A stretch of DNA of 59,160 nt. It comes from a virus (taxonomy: Duplodnaviria > Caudoviricetes). The notes below the pieces were generated by a model. It did no database searches. It was not told the origin of the DNA and saw only the letters and a list, made by a program, of their open reading frames with translations. Positions 18,601 to 28,799 of this stretch are shown here, in pieces. Within the stretch, counting starts at the first letter, position 1, and each line of letters starts with the position of its first letter. Both the position numbers and the translations under genes were made by a program. The DNA lies in IMG/VR virus record IMGVR_UViG_3300046504_000185, positions 1 through 59,160 of that record; one strand, given 5' to 3'.

Positions 18601-21220
18601 AGGTGGTAATTTATGTGAAACAACATCAATTGATGGTGTTTCATCAAATGGACTTCATTTAAGTGGTTTAACAACATTTAATCTTGGTTTTGGTTGTGGT
18701 ATTGTTACAGATACGGGAGCAGGTAGAGGCTTAGAATATGCAGGTGAATATAGTGGAAGTTTTGTTAATGATTCTCTTGTAAGTAAATATTACGTTGATA
18801 ATAAAATTACTGGTGGTACTGTAGTATTTGGTGCAACCAATGGTTTATGTGTATGTGGTACAAATGCTACTCTTGGTGGTGAATTAACTGGAGATACTAC
18901 AATTTATAGTACTAATGCTTCTATAGATTTAAATATTAATCTTGTAGGTAGTTTTAATGTAACAGGCGATACAACAATATTATGTAATAGTAGTGGTTGT
19001 TTTGCTAATGGTAATAACTGGATTGGAATTATTGCAAATACTGGTGTTGCGCAAGCAGAATTAGTTTCTATATGCCCATCTAATGGAGCATGTACTTCAT
19101 ATTTAATTGTGGGTGCAACAAGTGCATGTGGTACAACATTTACAAGTAGTGTTGCAAATACTCAAGGTATTCTTTATGGTGGTGTTTATCGTAATGATTT
19201 TGTTTGTAATTCACTTGTTGATGCTGCTTATGTAACTGGTATTACTTCTACTAAAGCAGATTGTGCAACCACAATTACTGGTGGAACTAATGGTATAAGT
19301 ATTGATGGTGTAAATCCTCAAAACTTAGCACTTGGTGGTACATTATGTTGTCCTACTACTACTATTGATTTAAATGGAAATATATTTATTGTGTGTGGTA
19401 TTCCAGCCAATACCTTTATTTGTCTTAATGATAATTCATTAGCATCTGCTTTTGGTTTACAGACTACTGGTTGTGCTGCATCAACAACACTTCAAGCCGA
19501 ATGTTATTCTCTTGCTCTTTTAAGTGGTGCAGGTGGAGCAATCTTTACCGATAGTACTCCAAGTATACCACATGGTATTGTTTACAACAGTGCTTCATAT
19601 AGAAATACATTTATTGATACTTCACTTGTTGATAAAGGATATGTTGATACTATGGTTACTGGTGGTACAGGTATTTCAGTAGCAAACAACGGTTTAACCA
19701 AGACAGGTAATACTGTTCAACTTGGTGGTTGTTTGATTCATGAAACAATCATTCAGCAATGTTTGAATAATTTCTGTATCGTTCATACTGATGAGTTTGG
19801 ACCACAGGAAATAAGTTTCGCAATGTGTGCAACAAATAATAACATCAAATTTGGTGCAAAAGATATTGGTGGACACGAAACTATTGCTGTCTTAGATTCT
19901 TCACAATTTGAAATGTATTCAGCAAGTGCAGCAACCTTCCAAGGCTTTACATATTGCAATGGATTTAACACTGCAGTAGGTAACAAGAAATCTTGTTCAA
20001 TACCAGACCTTGGTTATGTAACAGGTCTTACATCATGTGCAATATCAATAGCACCTAAAGCAATAACTGGTGTTACTAATGGCTTAACAAAATTCGACTG
20101 TCATAATGCTTGTCTTGGTGGCGCATTAACAGGTCCTGTAACTATAAATGGTGCTCAGACTTTAAATATAAATGTTTCTACACTTAGTTTAAGTGGCAAT
20201 ACTGCATTCAATTTAAGCACATCTTGTGCTCAAATCAGTACATCTAATAATAAAGGTCTTGAATACAGTACTGATTACAGTACAACATTTGCAAGCAATT
20301 CTCTTATTACTAAGAAATATGTTTGTTCACAAACTTCTGGTATTACTTCATGTGCAATAACATCAGCATGTAATGGTTTAACTAAATCTGGACAAGCAGT
20401 CATTCTTGGTGGTCCATTAACTGGCAACACTTGTATAAGTGGTGCATATCTTTTAGGTGTAAATGTTGGTAATATCAATCTTACTGGTACTACCGTTAGT
20501 GTAGGCGGTGCAGTTAAACTAACAAGTACTCCTGCTACTGGCGCAAGTACTGATGGATTCTTAGTATGGAATTCAAGTGATAAATGTGTTAAACAGGTCA
20601 ATGTTGGTTCAATCATTAGTGCATCTATCACAGGTGCAACCAATGGCTTAACAAAAGTAGGTCAGAGAGTTGTTCTTGGCGGTACATTAAGTGGTGGTAC
20701 TACAACAATCAATGGCGGTCAGACATTAAATATAAATCAAGCAGTTCTTAATTTAACTGGCAGTACTTCAGTAAATATAACAAGTCCTGCTGTAACTCTT
20801 CAAACAACTCCACCTGCAGGTGTTCCACTTGTAGATGCAGTATTGGTTTGGAACTCTGTTGATAAACAAATTAAAACTGTTAGTGGTGCTGCTCTTGGTG
20901 ACAAGAATAACATCTATGCAATGACAGTTGTTACAAGCAATACTTTATTAACAACAGGTGATACATATGTACAAATTGTAAATTCACCAAGTGCTGTTGT
21001 AACAATTACATTACCTGCAAGTCCAAATAATGGTCAGGTGTTTAGGATCAAAGATGCCGGAAATAATGCAGTAAATTATAATATTACAGTTGCTGCTTCT
21101 GGTGGTAAAGTAATTGATAATGGTGTTGGAACTGCTTCAATTAATACTGATGGTGGTGCACTTGAATTAGTTTATAATAACTCATTAGGTTCATGGTTTG
21201 TATTCTCTTTCGTTAACTAA
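15614..21220 (+). CDS. long tail fibre-like protein (1868 aa)
   Basis: MAIILSDN N-module; many ITGATNGL...LGG.L and GL.Y..DYS..F...SLV.K.YVD repeats; RILVKNQ fibre domain; adhesin-like repeats; C-terminal TITLPASP..G....IKD domain. Confidence 0.8.
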   Translation: MAIILSDNLKINAPKPVDSRYINITTPWTGTTQVNATIPIGERYPGLTVDISGVEYWYQTSGDVTSGNLTIKDSGIASTGITTAINGLTKIGNAVRLGGTLTGSTVFTDSRVTPIGLQYGSDYSPNFTLTSLADWQSVATVRPTGQTVGFTLSLPMLGEAVVVTSATPVNVTIPTNASVAFPIGSIITIQQGGAGTVTAVGASGVTVNGVVLSTTKQYAFVQYWKTAVNTWSVIGGAVEIWQTSGSSLIVPVDSSKRVPIQFISGLTSALSGYVCTASNGINKVGQNVALGGSLTGNTTIGNNTSALSIKVATLNLTGSTAFNLSTNCGLITTSDNKGLEYSTDYSGSFANNSLITKKYVCSQTSGITSCAITTASNGLNKVGQNVALGGPLTGDTTIDGAGADSMKFNALNDFNVKSQTIKMTGTTGICLKQGSVSCIELLNAGAGTITEVGSTINLCAGTTCVKINTADAMAYLNDYSSCYKCLSIPNVGYVTGFTCNIACKADKNIASVGQIIYRNSTQITGDTDMIYCEACESIALLGGTASGFRSLAVGYQENATATNSWAIGRSSTASGADSAILGGCNNQTSAVCSAIIGGQINCICTGALRAAIIGGQNITLTGATYNDTVAVDCLAIMMTPTGSGDLLCWNSVSKKVGKTSLSAFGGITGATNGLTDCGSQRIGLGGTLCTDTCILGGGTQDLCLGMTASKLDSFIVNANCGCLVTGNLAICSSGATYTDLNAVTKQGIKYAGDYSLTYDIRSLVDKGYVDSVATGLNIHQAVCAATTVPINLATIGLGTIDGFATTTGNRILVKNQTLGQDNGIYSASTGTWGRTSDYQTNVQITNGDLIPVTSGSTQNSSIWALITPEPITVGVTPLDYTEFSTIVDVTAGPGIAITQVGGVHTVCVNLASPDSGLDTGSGLAVGQGHGILVTGGTVNVNARSCGSVPAIYVGYNANGDGELVVANADILGVMVGTCALTGATNGLTATSGVVKLGGNLCETTSIDGVSSNGLHLSGLTTFNLGFGCGIVTDTGAGRGLEYAGEYSGSFVNDSLVSKYYVDNKITGGTVVFGATNGLCVCGTNATLGGELTGDTTIYSTNASIDLNINLVGSFNVTGDTTILCNSSGCFANGNNWIGIIANTGVAQAELVSICPSNGACTSYLIVGATSACGTTFTSSVANTQGILYGGVYRNDFVCNSLVDAAYVTGITSTKADCATTITGGTNGISIDGVNPQNLALGGTLCCPTTTIDLNGNIFIVCGIPANTFICLNDNSLASAFGLQTTGCAASTTLQAECYSLALLSGAGGAIFTDSTPSIPHGIVYNSASYRNTFIDTSLVDKGYVDTMVTGGTGISVANNGLTKTGNTVQLGGCLIHETIIQQCLNNFCIVHTDEFGPQEISFAMCATNNNIKFGAKDIGGHETIAVLDSSQFEMYSASAATFQGFTYCNGFNTAVGNKKSCSIPDLGYVTGLTSCAISIAPKAITGVTNGLTKFDCHNACLGGALTGPVTINGAQTLNINVSTLSLSGNTAFNLSTSCAQISTSNNKGLEYSTDYSTTFASNSLITKKYVCSQTSGITSCAITSACNGLTKSGQAVILGGPLTGNTCISGAYLLGVNVGNINLTGTTVSVGGAVKLTSTPATGASTDGFLVWNSSDKCVKQVNVGSIISASITGATNGLTKVGQRVVLGGTLSGGTTTINGGQTLNINQAVLNLTGSTSVNITSPAVTLQTTPPAGVPLVDAVLVWNSVDKQIKTVSGAALGDKNNIYAMTVVTSNTLLTTGDTYVQIVNSPSAVVTITLPASPNNGQVFRIKDAGNNAVNYNITVAASGGKVIDNGVGTASINTDGGALELVYNNSLGSWFVFSFVN
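16621..20362 (+). repeat. dispersed intragenic duplication (16621-16732 vs 20251-20362)
   Basis: Both encode KGLEYSTDYS..FA.NSLITKKYVCSQTSGITSCAIT with high nucleotide identity. Confidence 0.8.
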
Positions 21221-21239
21221 TAATAGTTAAAAATAACAG

Positions 21240-21281
21240 AAACCCCGACACCTAATTTTCTGTGTGGGTATCGGGGTTTTT
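21240..21281 (+). terminator. Rho-independent terminator
   Basis: aaaccccga...tcggggttttt. Confidence 0.6.
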
Positions 21282-21304
21282 AAAATATAAAATAAAAATA
21301 TCTC

Positions 21305-23437
21305 ATGGGTACACGACTTACAGCAAGTGTTGTCAATCAAGTAATACCGCCAGCAATACCATTGCCTGGTTTTATTACTGAATGGCAAACAACATCAGGC
21401 AATACAGTAATTACATTACCATTAATAAATTACGGTACTTTTAATGCTGTAGTTGATTGGGGCGATGGCTCACCAACATCAACTGTAACTGCTTATAATA
21501 GTCCTAATAGAGCACATACATATGTTACTCCGGGAACTTATAGAATTGAAATTAAGGGTGAATGTCCATCATGGAGTTTTAATAATGTCGGTGGTAGTGG
21601 TAAAGAAAAAATTAAAAAGATAATAAATTGGGGCGATAGTTCGGCTTTTGGTGGATTTCAATATCTACAAAATGCTTTTTATGGTTGTTCAAATTTAACC
21701 ACTTTAGGTACAGGTAAAATATTAGCAAAAGTCGCATTAATTAATTTATATGGTGTGTTTCAAAATTGCAGTGCATTGACTTCAATACCATCAAGTTTGT
21801 TTGATAATTGTACTAATGTAACAAGTTTTTCATATGCACTTAAAGGTTGTACACAAATAACAACGTTACCGTTGGGTTTATTTAATAATAATATTAATGT
21901 AACGGATTTCACGTATGCTTTTAATAGTTGTACTGCATTGCAAACCATACCTTCAGGATTATTTGCTAATTGCAATAATGTTACTGGTTTCGATTACGCA
22001 TTTCAATATTGCTATGCGTTGCAGGCTATACCATCGGGTTTATTCAGTGGTAATACTAAAGTAACAAGTTTCTTTTTTACATTCAGTTATTGTACGTCTA
22101 TACCATCAATACCTTCGGGATTATTTAATTATAATACTAAAGTGCAGAATTTTTATGCAATGTTTAGTGATTGTTCGGGCATTAGCAGTCCAATACCTTC
22201 AGGATTATTTGTTAATTGCAATAAAGTTACTGCTTATGGAGCATATCGATTATTTGATGGCTGTACAAATTTAGGTGGCGCAATACCTTCGGGATTGTTT
22301 GATACGTTTACGGGTGTAACTACCTATTTTCGCACATTCTATAATTGCTATGCATTAACATCAATACCATCGGGATTATTTGATAAAAGCACGTTGGTTA
22401 CTGGCACTGGTTTTTATGAAACATTTTGTGGGTGTCATAACATAGCAACAATACCTACAGATTTGTTTAAATTTAATACACAAATTGGTGTTGGTGACAG
22501 TAGTACATCCTTTAGGAGCACATTTGATAATTGTTGGACAATAACATCAATACCTGCAGATTTATTCAGATATCAACCAAATGTGCAGTATTTTACACAA
22601 ACATTTAGTTACTGCAATGCACTGACAACAGTACCTGCTGGATTATTTAGTTATAATATTAATGTAATAAATTTCACGGGAACATTTACTAACTGTAACG
22701 GATTGACAACAGTACCTGCTGGATTATTTAGTGCTAATACAAAAGTAACGATTTTCAATCAAGTATTTTACTATTGTTATAATTTTGATACAATACCATC
22801 GGGATTATTTGCTAATAATAATAAAGTAACTACGTTCCAATTTATGTTTAATGGGATAAAAGCAAAAACAATACCATCGGGATTATTTAACGCATTTACT
22901 GGAGTAACAACATTTATGGATTCATTTGGACAAGCACAACTTACTGGAATTACTGCAGGAATATTCGATAATTGTGTTAATTTAACAGATATGAGTTTGG
23001 TATTTCAATCTTGTCAAAATTTAGTATCAGTACCTGCTGATTTATTTAAATACAACACTAAAATTACTACATTCAATAATACTTTTTCATATTGTACGTC
23101 ATTGCCATCAATACCTTCATTGTTGTTTAAGTATAATACACTTTGTACCAATTTCTTCTATACTTTTTCAAGATGTAGACATTTAACAATGATATTGGAT
23201 GTTTTTTGCGCAAGTGGTGATACGGGTACGAGATTTTTCAATCAATCGGTTAATTTTAGTAATTTCTTTGACCTTAATTTAGCATTTGACACATGGAGTG
23301 GAATTCAAGGTATTGCTCCAGATTTATGGAATTATCTTTTTGGAAGTGGAACTCCAATAAAAACTCAAGCATTTTATAATCAATCAACAACAAGTTTGAG
23401 TAATTATACCACTGCATTGGCGAATGGATGGGCATAA
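21305..23437 (+). CDS. PKD-like + BspA/DUF285-type LRR protein, putative receptor-binding tip
   Basis: VDWGDGS...HTY N-domain; ~27-aa repeats IPSGLF..NT.VT.F..TF..C..LT; C-terminal G.APDLW cap. Confidence 0.8.
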   Translation: MGTRLTASVVNQVIPPAIPLPGFITEWQTTSGNTVITLPLINYGTFNAVVDWGDGSPTSTVTAYNSPNRAHTYVTPGTYRIEIKGECPSWSFNNVGGSGKEKIKKIINWGDSSAFGGFQYLQNAFYGCSNLTTLGTGKILAKVALINLYGVFQNCSALTSIPSSLFDNCTNVTSFSYALKGCTQITTLPLGLFNNNINVTDFTYAFNSCTALQTIPSGLFANCNNVTGFDYAFQYCYALQAIPSGLFSGNTKVTSFFFTFSYCTSIPSIPSGLFNYNTKVQNFYAMFSDCSGISSPIPSGLFVNCNKVTAYGAYRLFDGCTNLGGAIPSGLFDTFTGVTTYFRTFYNCYALTSIPSGLFDKSTLVTGTGFYETFCGCHNIATIPTDLFKFNTQIGVGDSSTSFRSTFDNCWTITSIPADLFRYQPNVQYFTQTFSYCNALTTVPAGLFSYNINVINFTGTFTNCNGLTTVPAGLFSANTKVTIFNQVFYYCYNFDTIPSGLFANNNKVTTFQFMFNGIKAKTIPSGLFNAFTGVTTFMDSFGQAQLTGITAGIFDNCVNLTDMSLVFQSCQNLVSVPADLFKYNTKITTFNNTFSYCTSLPSIPSLLFKYNTLCTNFFYTFSRCRHLTMILDVFCASGDTGTRFFNQSVNFSNFFDLNLAFDTWSGIQGIAPDLWNYLFGSGTPIKTQAFYNQSTTSLSNYTTALANGWA

Positions 23438-23578
23438 AATAATGGTTTTAAGCAATATAAAAAGGAGAAAAGAAATTTTCTCTTTTTTTTTCTTGTAACT
23501 CTGACTTTTTCGGATTATATTCGTATTTATAAAAAAGTATAAAAAATTATAATTAAAAATATTTAAAAAAGAAATTCA

Positions 23579-24490
23579 ATGGTAAATGATGGTTCAATAA
23601 AATCCGGTGATAAGTTCTGTATTTTTCATACTGAGGGTGGTCATGGCAAGCAGGTAATGGCAACGGCAGTTTGTCGTGCAATAAAAAAAGCATATCCAGA
23701 TCGAAAATTAATTGTGGTAACAGCATGGGATGGACCATTCTTTTACAATCCTGATGTGTGGCGTTTTTATACATTCGGACAAATGCAATATTTTTTTGAT
23801 GATTATGTAAATCCAGATACTAAGATTTTCCGTCAGGAAGTTTATTTTAGTGAAGATCATGTTTTGCAAAGAAAACATCTTACTCAATCTTGGTGCGACA
23901 TGTATGGTATTCCTTATGATGGCTATAAACCAAAAATCTATTTAAACGCAAGGGAACTCGAAATAGCAAAGGATAAGATAAAACCGGATAACCGTCCAAT
24001 CATGTTGTTACAAACGCATGGCGGCAGTCCTACGGGGCAATACTCAAAGAAATCGTGGTTCAGGGATATGCCAATCGAAATTGCACAGAAATTAATCAAT
24101 TATTTTAATAAGTCCTATCGTATTTTACACATCAAGTCACCTGAACAACCAATTTTGCAGGGTGTAGAACCTCTGACATTACCTTATAGAGAATTATATG
24201 CAGTATTTCCATTATCAACAAAAAGATTATTTATAGATTCATTTGCACAACATGTTGCCGCAGCACTTGATCTTCAAAGTACAGTAGTTTGGATCGGTAA
24301 CAAACCTGAAGTATTTGGATATCCGGAACATATAAATGTACTGCCAAGTGCAAATTATATCAGGGAACTTAATAAGTTTAGTTATTTGGAACAATTTGAT
24401 ATTTCCGGACAAATACAACAGTTTCCGTATGATACAGTAAATGTCTTAGACATAAATAAGATAATTGAAGCAGTTAATAAACAAAAGTAA
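23579..24490 (+). CDS. GT9-like (heptosyltransferase-like) glycosyltransferase
   Basis: GGHGKQVMATAVCRAIKKAYPDRKLIV and LFIDSFAQHVAAALD match the RfaF/RfaQ-type GD.IM.T...ALK..YP and DSG..HLAAAL motifs. Confidence 0.75.
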   Translation: MVNDGSIKSGDKFCIFHTEGGHGKQVMATAVCRAIKKAYPDRKLIVVTAWDGPFFYNPDVWRFYTFGQMQYFFDDYVNPDTKIFRQEVYFSEDHVLQRKHLTQSWCDMYGIPYDGYKPKIYLNARELEIAKDKIKPDNRPIMLLQTHGGSPTGQYSKKSWFRDMPIEIAQKLINYFNKSYRILHIKSPEQPILQGVEPLTLPYRELYAVFPLSTKRLFIDSFAQHVAAALDLQSTVVWIGNKPEVFGYPEHINVLPSANYIRELNKFSYLEQFDISGQIQQFPYDTVNVLDINKIIEAVNKQK

Positions 24491-24514
24491 GCCATTGTTT
24501 TTTATGTTGATCAG

Positions 24515-24545
24515 AATCCCATTGAAATTTCAGTGGGATTTTTTT
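24515..24545 (+). terminator. Rho-independent terminator
   Basis: aatcccattgaa/ttcagtgggatt plus T tract. Confidence 0.7.
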
Positions 24546-24591
24546 ATTTATCTGTTCCATAAAGTATTTATGAATATAAAATAGTAAAAAC

Positions 24592-26733
24592 ATGCCAATA
24601 CCAATAATAGGATTTGATATCAAATCAAATCTAAATTGTAAACAATTTTCACAATGTACGGGAGATACATTATATTTAGGCGGTCATACAATAATTTGTG
24701 GCATAGGAACAATAGATTCAAATAATGGTTATAGTGTTTGTGGACAAAAAGTTTTTAGTGCGGGTAATAATTCATGTACTTCAATACAAATTGGTAAAGA
24801 TGCTGTAAGCAATGGCACTTTTTCTACAGTTGTAGGATATAATTCATCAACTACGGGTAATACTTCAATTGTTGTTGGTATTAATTCATATGCTCAACAT
24901 GATTGTTCTTTAGTAATTGGCAATAATAATAATAGATCATGTTCTGTTGGTGGAAATATTATTGGTGGATCAAGTAATTGTTTGGGAAGTCAGCATAGTG
25001 GTTCTACAATGCTTGGTATGAATAATTGCAATTTAAGTAGTGGTTCATATGTTTGTTATGTTATAATTCCAAATTTAGCAATTTTAAATGCACCAAGTGG
25101 TAGTGGAGGAATTCTTTGTTATGATAATGCAACAAAAAAAGTGTGTCAAACTTCAGCACTAACAATTTCCGGTACAGCAAATTATATTCCAAAATTTTGT
25201 AGTGGTGGTACTAATATTACAAATTCAAATTTTTCTATTGGACAAGTTTGTTATAGTGGTATTGGTTTATATCCTGCATTACAAACTAATGATGGTTCGA
25301 ATAGAATTAATTTTGGATTCTGTAATGATGTTTATAAAGGAGTTACATTATCATATAGTTCTGGAAGTAATTCAGGACCAGTCCTTTCACCAATAAGTAC
25401 GGGGTCATTGCATTTACAATCAAATGGTGGGTCTTTTCCAACAATAATGACATCATGTTGCTTAAAAATTAATGTTACAAGTAGTGCTAATAATAATATA
25501 GTTATTGCAGGCACTACACTTTATGGAAGAGAACTATATGCTGTTTGCGGTGATGATTATGGTTCTACTTCTAATGGTAATGGCGTTGGTTTAATTGGTG
25601 GTAATGCAAGACCTGGTTTTAATTTATGTGGTGGTGACGTTCTTTTAAGACCCGGATTGAAAGATGGTAGTGGCAGTAATGGTAACGTTTTTATTCAAAT
25701 ACTTCCAGCAAAAACAATAGAAACAAACATATTATATATTGATAGTACGGGTAAAATTAGTAGTGGTGCAACTCCAACTGTGACTGGCGGTACAAGTATT
25801 GGTTGGTCAAATTTATTGAATGGTTCAACAGTTGCTGGTTGTGGAACTGTGACAAGTGGTAGTACAATATGTAATAATACTTTTTATGGTGTTAATGCAG
25901 GTAAAAATATAACAAGTGGTACTTATAATACAGGAATTGGAACATTTGCATTGTCTGCAAATACAATTGGATATCAAAACACCGCAATTGGTAGTTGTGC
26001 ACTACATAAAAACATTGATGGATATAATAACGTTGCTGTTGGTAAAGATGCTATGGATGCAAATACCAGTGGATTTCATACTGTTGCAATTGGTAGTTGT
26101 GCATTACGTAATAATACCACTGCTTTTTACAATGTGGGAATAGGTCCGTATGCTTTGATGGAAGCCACAACAGGCAATCGAAATACTGCTATTGGCGTAT
26201 TTGCACTTCAAAATAATGTATTGGGTTGTTCAAATACGGGATTGGGCGATAGTGCAATTTATGGTGCTAATAATCATTCTGGTTGTCTTAATACAGGTGT
26301 TGGATTTGAAGCACTTCGTTATAATTATTGTGGTCATCGTAATGTTGCAATTGGAATGGATTCAATGAATCAGAATTCTTGTGGTTCAGAAAATACGGCA
26401 ATAGGTCCGAATAGTCTCTATAGTAATTTAACTGGCAATTATAATGTTGCTGTTGGTAGATATGCAGGATACGGTAAAGACGATTCAAATAAACTTTATG
26501 TTGCAAATACTTTTAGTTGTTCATTAATTTATGGTGAATTTGATAATAAGAGATTAGTAATAAGTGGTACAACTGAAATTGTAAATAATGCAGGTTGTAA
26601 TTATTTATATTTGGGTAATAAGGATACTGATGGCAGTTGGAGATTTGTTGTAAGTGGAGCAAGTCCTACATGTTTGGTTGTCCAAACAAGAACAGGTGGT
26701 GTTTGGGGTGGTAATAAGCAAGTAGCACCATAA
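24592..26733 (+). CDS. fibre/adhesin-like protein with 17-aa NTAIG..AL..N..G repeats
   Basis: Adhesin-like repeats at ~25870-26470, flanked by IGWSNLLNGSTV and NKLY...LIYG.F also found in 29159. Confidence 0.75.
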   Translation: MPIPIIGFDIKSNLNCKQFSQCTGDTLYLGGHTIICGIGTIDSNNGYSVCGQKVFSAGNNSCTSIQIGKDAVSNGTFSTVVGYNSSTTGNTSIVVGINSYAQHDCSLVIGNNNNRSCSVGGNIIGGSSNCLGSQHSGSTMLGMNNCNLSSGSYVCYVIIPNLAILNAPSGSGGILCYDNATKKVCQTSALTISGTANYIPKFCSGGTNITNSNFSIGQVCYSGIGLYPALQTNDGSNRINFGFCNDVYKGVTLSYSSGSNSGPVLSPISTGSLHLQSNGGSFPTIMTSCCLKINVTSSANNNIVIAGTTLYGRELYAVCGDDYGSTSNGNGVGLIGGNARPGFNLCGGDVLLRPGLKDGSGSNGNVFIQILPAKTIETNILYIDSTGKISSGATPTVTGGTSIGWSNLLNGSTVAGCGTVTSGSTICNNTFYGVNAGKNITSGTYNTGIGTFALSANTIGYQNTAIGSCALHKNIDGYNNVAVGKDAMDANTSGFHTVAIGSCALRNNTTAFYNVGIGPYALMEATTGNRNTAIGVFALQNNVLGCSNTGLGDSAIYGANNHSGCLNTGVGFEALRYNYCGHRNVAIGMDSMNQNSCGSENTAIGPNSLYSNLTGNYNVAVGRYAGYGKDDSNKLYVANTFSCSLIYGEFDNKRLVISGTTEIVNNAGCNYLYLGNKDTDGSWRFVVSGASPTCLVVQTRTGGVWGGNKQVAP

Positions 26734-26747
26734 TATTATAAAATTCT

Positions 26748-26772
26748 AAACCCTCTCAGATCAGAGGGTTTT
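26748..26772 (+). terminator. Rho-independent terminator
   Basis: aaaccctct-cagatc-agagggtttt. Confidence 0.55.
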
Positions 26773-26837
26773 ATTTTTATTATTAATCCAAGATTAAGTC
26801 AGAGTTTTTGAGTATTTATCTTAAATACGATAATGAT

Positions 26838-27122
26838 ATGGCACTTCAAATGAACTATTACCATTCTCCATTAGATATGACGTTTTATAATGCATATTGG
26901 AGAATCAATCCTAATTTTGGTATTACTGGTGGTAAAAATGGAATAAAATATACTATAGAAGTTTTTAAAAATGCTGAGTCAGCACATGTTGAAAATCCTA
27001 AATGTATTAAAGGATTTACACATTCATTTATTCCTGATCTAAAAAATAATACACTAAATTTCATAGAACAGGCATATAATCATGCCAAAATACATGATTG
27101 TTATGGCAGTATTGACGTATAA
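26838..27122 (+). CDS. small fibre-associated protein, paralog of 28480; start revised to ATG 26838
   Basis: MALQMNYY...YWRI...GGK...NFIEQAY.HAK aligns with 28480; the GTATTTAT motif at 26812 lies inside the longer called ORF. Confidence 0.7.
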   Translation: MALQMNYYHSPLDMTFYNAYWRINPNFGITGGKNGIKYTIEVFKNAESAHVENPKCIKGFTHSFIPDLKNNTLNFIEQAYNHAKIHDCYGSIDV

Positions 27123-27143
27123 TTTTATAATTAAGTAACTGAA

Positions 27144-28418
27144 ATGGCTCAAACTAAACTTGATTTAAGTGACAATAAATTTGAACAACTTTCGACTGAG
27201 ATATTACATTTATCTGGAAGCACACATTTATTTGGAGAATTTCTTTTAGAAAGTGGTTCAACACTATCAATATTACCAAATGTTGGTGCAGGTAAAGTTT
27301 TGACTTCAGATGGTGGTGGTACGGCTACTTGGCAAGTTAGTATTGGTGGTGGAGTTACCGGAGCAACCAATGGTTTAGGTATAATTAATAATACTGTTTG
27401 TCTTGGCGGTAATTTAAATACAAATACTGTAATTGACATCACAACTAAAAATTTATGCTTGTGTTCGGGCATAAATTTAAATAGAATTATTGTTTTGGAT
27501 CAAAGTAATGATGAACTTAAATTATCTTGGGCAGATAGTGGAAATACTTGTAATGGTCATGCAAGTTTTAATGCAACTAATGTTTCATTGGTTTCTCAAT
27601 ATGCAGGTGGTGGATGTGTTGCAGGAATTTTATTGGCACACAGTGATAATAGAATTTGTTTGAATTCTGCAGGCAGTTATAGAACCTATCACAATGCTTG
27701 TGGTTTATGGTATACTGATAATTATTCGGGAAGTGCAACAGATAGATGGTTAACAGATAAAGCATATGTAGACAGTCATAGTGGTGGCGGTGGTATTACT
27801 GGCGGAACAAATGGTTTACATATCGATGGAACAAATCTTCAGAATTTAGCACTTGGTGGTTGTTTATGTTGTGCTACAACTATTGATATTAAATGTAATA
27901 CGTTTCTTGTTTGTGGTGCTATTGGTGTTTGTTTTATCAAGATTACCGAATCATCAGCACCTGCAAGTACAATTACTTTAAATAGTTGTTGTTGTACAAG
28001 TGTATGTGGTAATTGTGGTGTAGATATTCATGCAAATAAAAATTTAAGTATAGGATTTAATGGTACTGGTATTATCACAGATAGTACAGCAACTCCATTA
28101 GGTTTACAATATGCAAGTGATGCTTATCGTGCTAATTTCACCAATTGTTCACTTGTTACAAAATGTTATGTTGACGTACAAATTAATAGTCATTCGGCAT
28201 TATCAGAATTTACAATAACAGGAGATAGTACGGCAACCGGATTCACAATTAATCACGCCAAAAATAAACAATTTGTTGCAGTTGAAATAGTAAGAGGTAG
28301 TAGTCCGTATGATACTGTCTATACAAGTGTCCAGAGACCAAATGCAAATTGTGTTTGTATTTTCTTTGATACTGCGCCTGCAAGTGGTCAACAATATAAA
28401 ATATTAATAACAAGTTAA
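27144..28418 (+). CDS. Cys-rich fibre-like protein
   Basis: TKLDLSDNKFEQ...LHLSGST N-module; GATNGL/LGG repeats; C-terminal ITGD.....FTINH Ig-like module. Confidence 0.7.
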   Translation: MAQTKLDLSDNKFEQLSTEILHLSGSTHLFGEFLLESGSTLSILPNVGAGKVLTSDGGGTATWQVSIGGGVTGATNGLGIINNTVCLGGNLNTNTVIDITTKNLCLCSGINLNRIIVLDQSNDELKLSWADSGNTCNGHASFNATNVSLVSQYAGGGCVAGILLAHSDNRICLNSAGSYRTYHNACGLWYTDNYSGSATDRWLTDKAYVDSHSGGGGITGGTNGLHIDGTNLQNLALGGCLCCATTIDIKCNTFLVCGAIGVCFIKITESSAPASTITLNSCCCTSVCGNCGVDIHANKNLSIGFNGTGIITDSTATPLGLQYASDAYRANFTNCSLVTKCYVDVQINSHSALSEFTITGDSTATGFTINHAKNKQFVAVEIVRGSSPYDTVYTSVQRPNANCVCIFFDTAPASGQQYKILITS

Positions 28419-28479
28419 AACCTGAATTTTATACTATTTATATATAAGAAAAATAATTTTAAGATAATAAATAAATAAA

Positions 28480-28761
28480 ATGGCATTAATTAAAGATTAT
28501 TATAATAAGCAATTTGGGGTAACAATACCGGGATGTTATTGGAAAATAGACATTAAAAACGGTCTTGTTGGTGGAAAAACTAAACTACGTGTACGAATGA
28601 ATTGTTTTAAAACTAAAGCAATTGCAGATACGAATAAGAATAAATTTGCCGATTTTGACTTTGATTTTATTCCAAGTTTAACTTCTGGTGTTAATTTTAT
28701 CGAACAGGCATATGCTCATGCAAAAACTTTACCACAATTTAGTGGTGCAATTAATGCTTAA
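28480..28761 (+). CDS. small fibre-associated protein
   Basis: Paralog of 26838; NFIEQAYAHAKTLP.F.GA C-terminus. Confidence 0.7.
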   Translation: MALIKDYYNKQFGVTIPGCYWKIDIKNGLVGGKTKLRVRMNCFKTKAIADTNKNKFADFDFDFIPSLTSGVNFIEQAYAHAKTLPQFSGAINA

Positions 28762-28799
28762 TATAAAATTATCGAGTATTTATAATAAAGTATCAGAAC

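Noticed and set aside
10834-20362. diversity-generating retroelement TR/VR pairs among duplicated fibre segments
   Set aside because: Both copies are coding, differences look mostly synonymous rather than adenine-specific, and there is no reverse transcriptase in the window.
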